From Octopus sinensis (lineage: Eukaryota): a stretch of DNA of 64,000 nucleotides. The notes beneath the pieces are model-generated. The model worked only from the letters and a program-made list of their open reading frames with translations, ran no database searches and was not told the DNA's origin. The stretch covers positions 37,634,001 through 37,698,000 of the forward strand of contig NC_043012.1 of the NCBI RefSeq assembly GCF_006345805.1, read 5' to 3'. Both the position numbers and the translations under genes were made by a program. Below, piece by piece: positions 61,823-64,000 of this stretch (position 1 is its first letter; each line of letters begins with the position of its first letter).

Positions 61823-64000
61823 ACAAAAAAGGGATATATTGCTTAGCAGTATACCCCTTCCAGCTCAGAGTTCAAATCTCGCTAAGGTTGACTTTGCCTT
61901 TTTATATGTGCTCTGTTGGTTCTAGAAAGCAATGACAAGTTGAAGGTGAGAAAGAAATCAGATTTTAAAATGACCGACAGATACAGCTACGAAAATGCCT
62001 TAAATAAAGTCCCTCTTCACCATTAAGGAGAATCTCAATCAAACACAAACACACTGAGAAGACATATACACATCAGATAGACACAAGGTACAGGTACCAT
62101 ATTTTCCAGCATAGAAGTGAACATAGTATTTAGTGTAAACATTTAAATATTGTCACTGTCTTTCCAAATTCTATTGCATTTCACATGGAATTTTTGGTCC
62201 TCCAAAGTTTACTTGACCTTCCATTTTTTACTGTAAATTTTGGTCAGAAAAATTTGACTACGATGCCAGAAGATATGATATACATACACAAATACATTCA
62301 AAGCATGTCTCTTTATGTCTGAAGACATAAATATGTACACATACACACACATAAAACTGCATGTTGAAATATATACATGCACACACATATTCAAGCACCA
62401 GTAAGTGCACAACCATACACACACACACTACACATTGATACACATATATAAATACATTCTCACAAATACATTAACCAAACTACACACATATACAAACAAC
62501 ATATCTGTTATACATAGCATTAGTTTCTGGAACTTTCAAGACACCTCCCACCCACCCATTTGTAGCAATGACTCAATGACTTAGTGACTCAGTAAAATAC
62601 ACAAATGAAATATTTTGTGGGGAAGAAATTGGTCTGGTTTACAGCACAATAATTCCACCAGATGAAATTGTAGTAATGGTGGTGGTGGTGGTGGTGGCAA
62701 CTCTGGTGACAATGGTGATGGCAGTGATGGTGTGTGTTCCTTAAATGGTCGATATTGCTTTTCTTTTATTTCAATCTATATCTTCTCGTTCATGGAATTT
62801 TCATGGCTCTTCCTCATGTTGAAATTTTGCTTGTAATTCATAACAAAATGCTACAGAGCTGCTAGGCTAAAAATTCAAATCTTTGCTATTTCACACTGCA
62901 CAAGTTGCAATTTATGCACACACGTACGCACACACGCACATCTGCTTTCATATTTGACAGTTGGGTGATTCACGCAATCCAGGTAGAGGTAAGAGTGATT
63001 TCTATAGAATGTGGGGAAGGTAAGATGTTCTGAGATGATCCTGTTACCATTCCTTAATTCAACATCACTGACAGAACATCTCATTAAGAACGGTGCTGGT
63101 ATTACTTAATTTCACTCCATGCACACACACACACACACACACACATATTTGCAGCCCTGGGGTTTTGCAATAGTATGAGAAATAAAAATATGAGATTTGG
63201 TCACATGACTGCATATGCGTGTGAACATGTGTGTGTGTGTTTATGCACTCGTACAAGTCATATGAAATGAATGTAAGAGAGCGAGAGAGTGTGTGGTCTT
63301 ATATTCAAAAGCAAGATTGTGTATGTGTGTGAACACTTTCATGTATGCGTGAGGGTGTGAGAATGCACTCGTATATGACATGAATGTAAGAGAGAGAAAG
63401 AGTGTTTCCTATTTATTCTGTACAAAGGCAATGCTGTGTATGTATATGCGTGCATGTGTGTGTGTGTGAGCATAAGTCTGTACTTATGTGTACACGTGTG
63501 TGTGTGTGTGTGTGTGCAAAGATACAGAGTAATCATATGCATATGTGTGTATGTATATGTGAGTGTATGTCAGTTCAGCGAGAACAATCTATTAAGGATA
63601 GAAGTGTGTGTGTGTTTGTCACCAGTAAGTCATAAATTCGAAAGTGAAGCCCACTGGCCATTAGGGTCTGATGAGACACATGTAAAGCCAAGCGCTTTAT
63701 GGACACAAAACTCTAGGTAACCCAATGAACCTGCCATAACCATCTAAACACATACACATACATGAGCACACACACACACGATGGCTGTCCATTCATGACC
63801 GAAGAAGACAACCACTCAACATATTAAGAACATTGTGCACTCAGACAGATTTATACTTTACACTTGTAGCTCCGCTGGTGCCTAATGAGCCCAGCCCTTG
63901 AGAAACACACACGTCTGCAGAAACTGCAGTCAAGCTCCCCCTCCTCATTCACTACACTAGCAGTTTATGTTCCAGCAGCTTGCTTAAAGTGCTGCATGAA

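Noticed and set aside
61926-62988. Plus-strand microexon-like segments 61926-61945 and 62961-62988 (also ~19131-19149)
   Set aside because: Good splice motifs, but I could not chain them into a coherent frame.
63665-63720. CTGATGA motif
   Set aside because: No GAAA partner or stem III downstream.

Overview
AT-rich, microsatellite-laden eukaryotic DNA. The SINE, RTE and (CA)n/(TA)n content looks like an Octopus genome; this is recognition from memory, not a database result. Most of the window is intronic and filled with decayed transposons: three 5'-truncated RTE LINEs, CR1-like, HERO-like and R4/Dong-like LINE pieces, a mariner relic, Helitron-like elements, hAT/piggyBac/TA-type MITEs, at least three tRNA-derived SINE families, and satellites. 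The supplied ORF track is almost all artefact or transposon. Reading splice signals by hand on the minus strand gives a phase-consistent chain of 17 short exons from about 54065 down to 4310, encoding about 470 aa of a protein I cannot name; the 3' half is best supported. One 38-nt exon is tandemly duplicated with a 20-bp satellite. Main signals: (i) a perfect 197-bp inverted duplication, each arm carrying an intact minimal hammerhead ribozyme with a U3-A8 core (Penelope-type), plus decayed hammerhead-like motifs elsewhere; (ii) a 34-bp fully paired pre-miRNA-like hairpin on the host-gene strand; (iii) exons that begin with a donor motif (recursive-splice-like AG|GTAAGT); (iv) a PHD finger inside the RTE reverse transcriptase; (v) a probable gene-conversion tract between two RTE copies; (vi) a hairpin-induced template-switch stutter in the Dong-like element.
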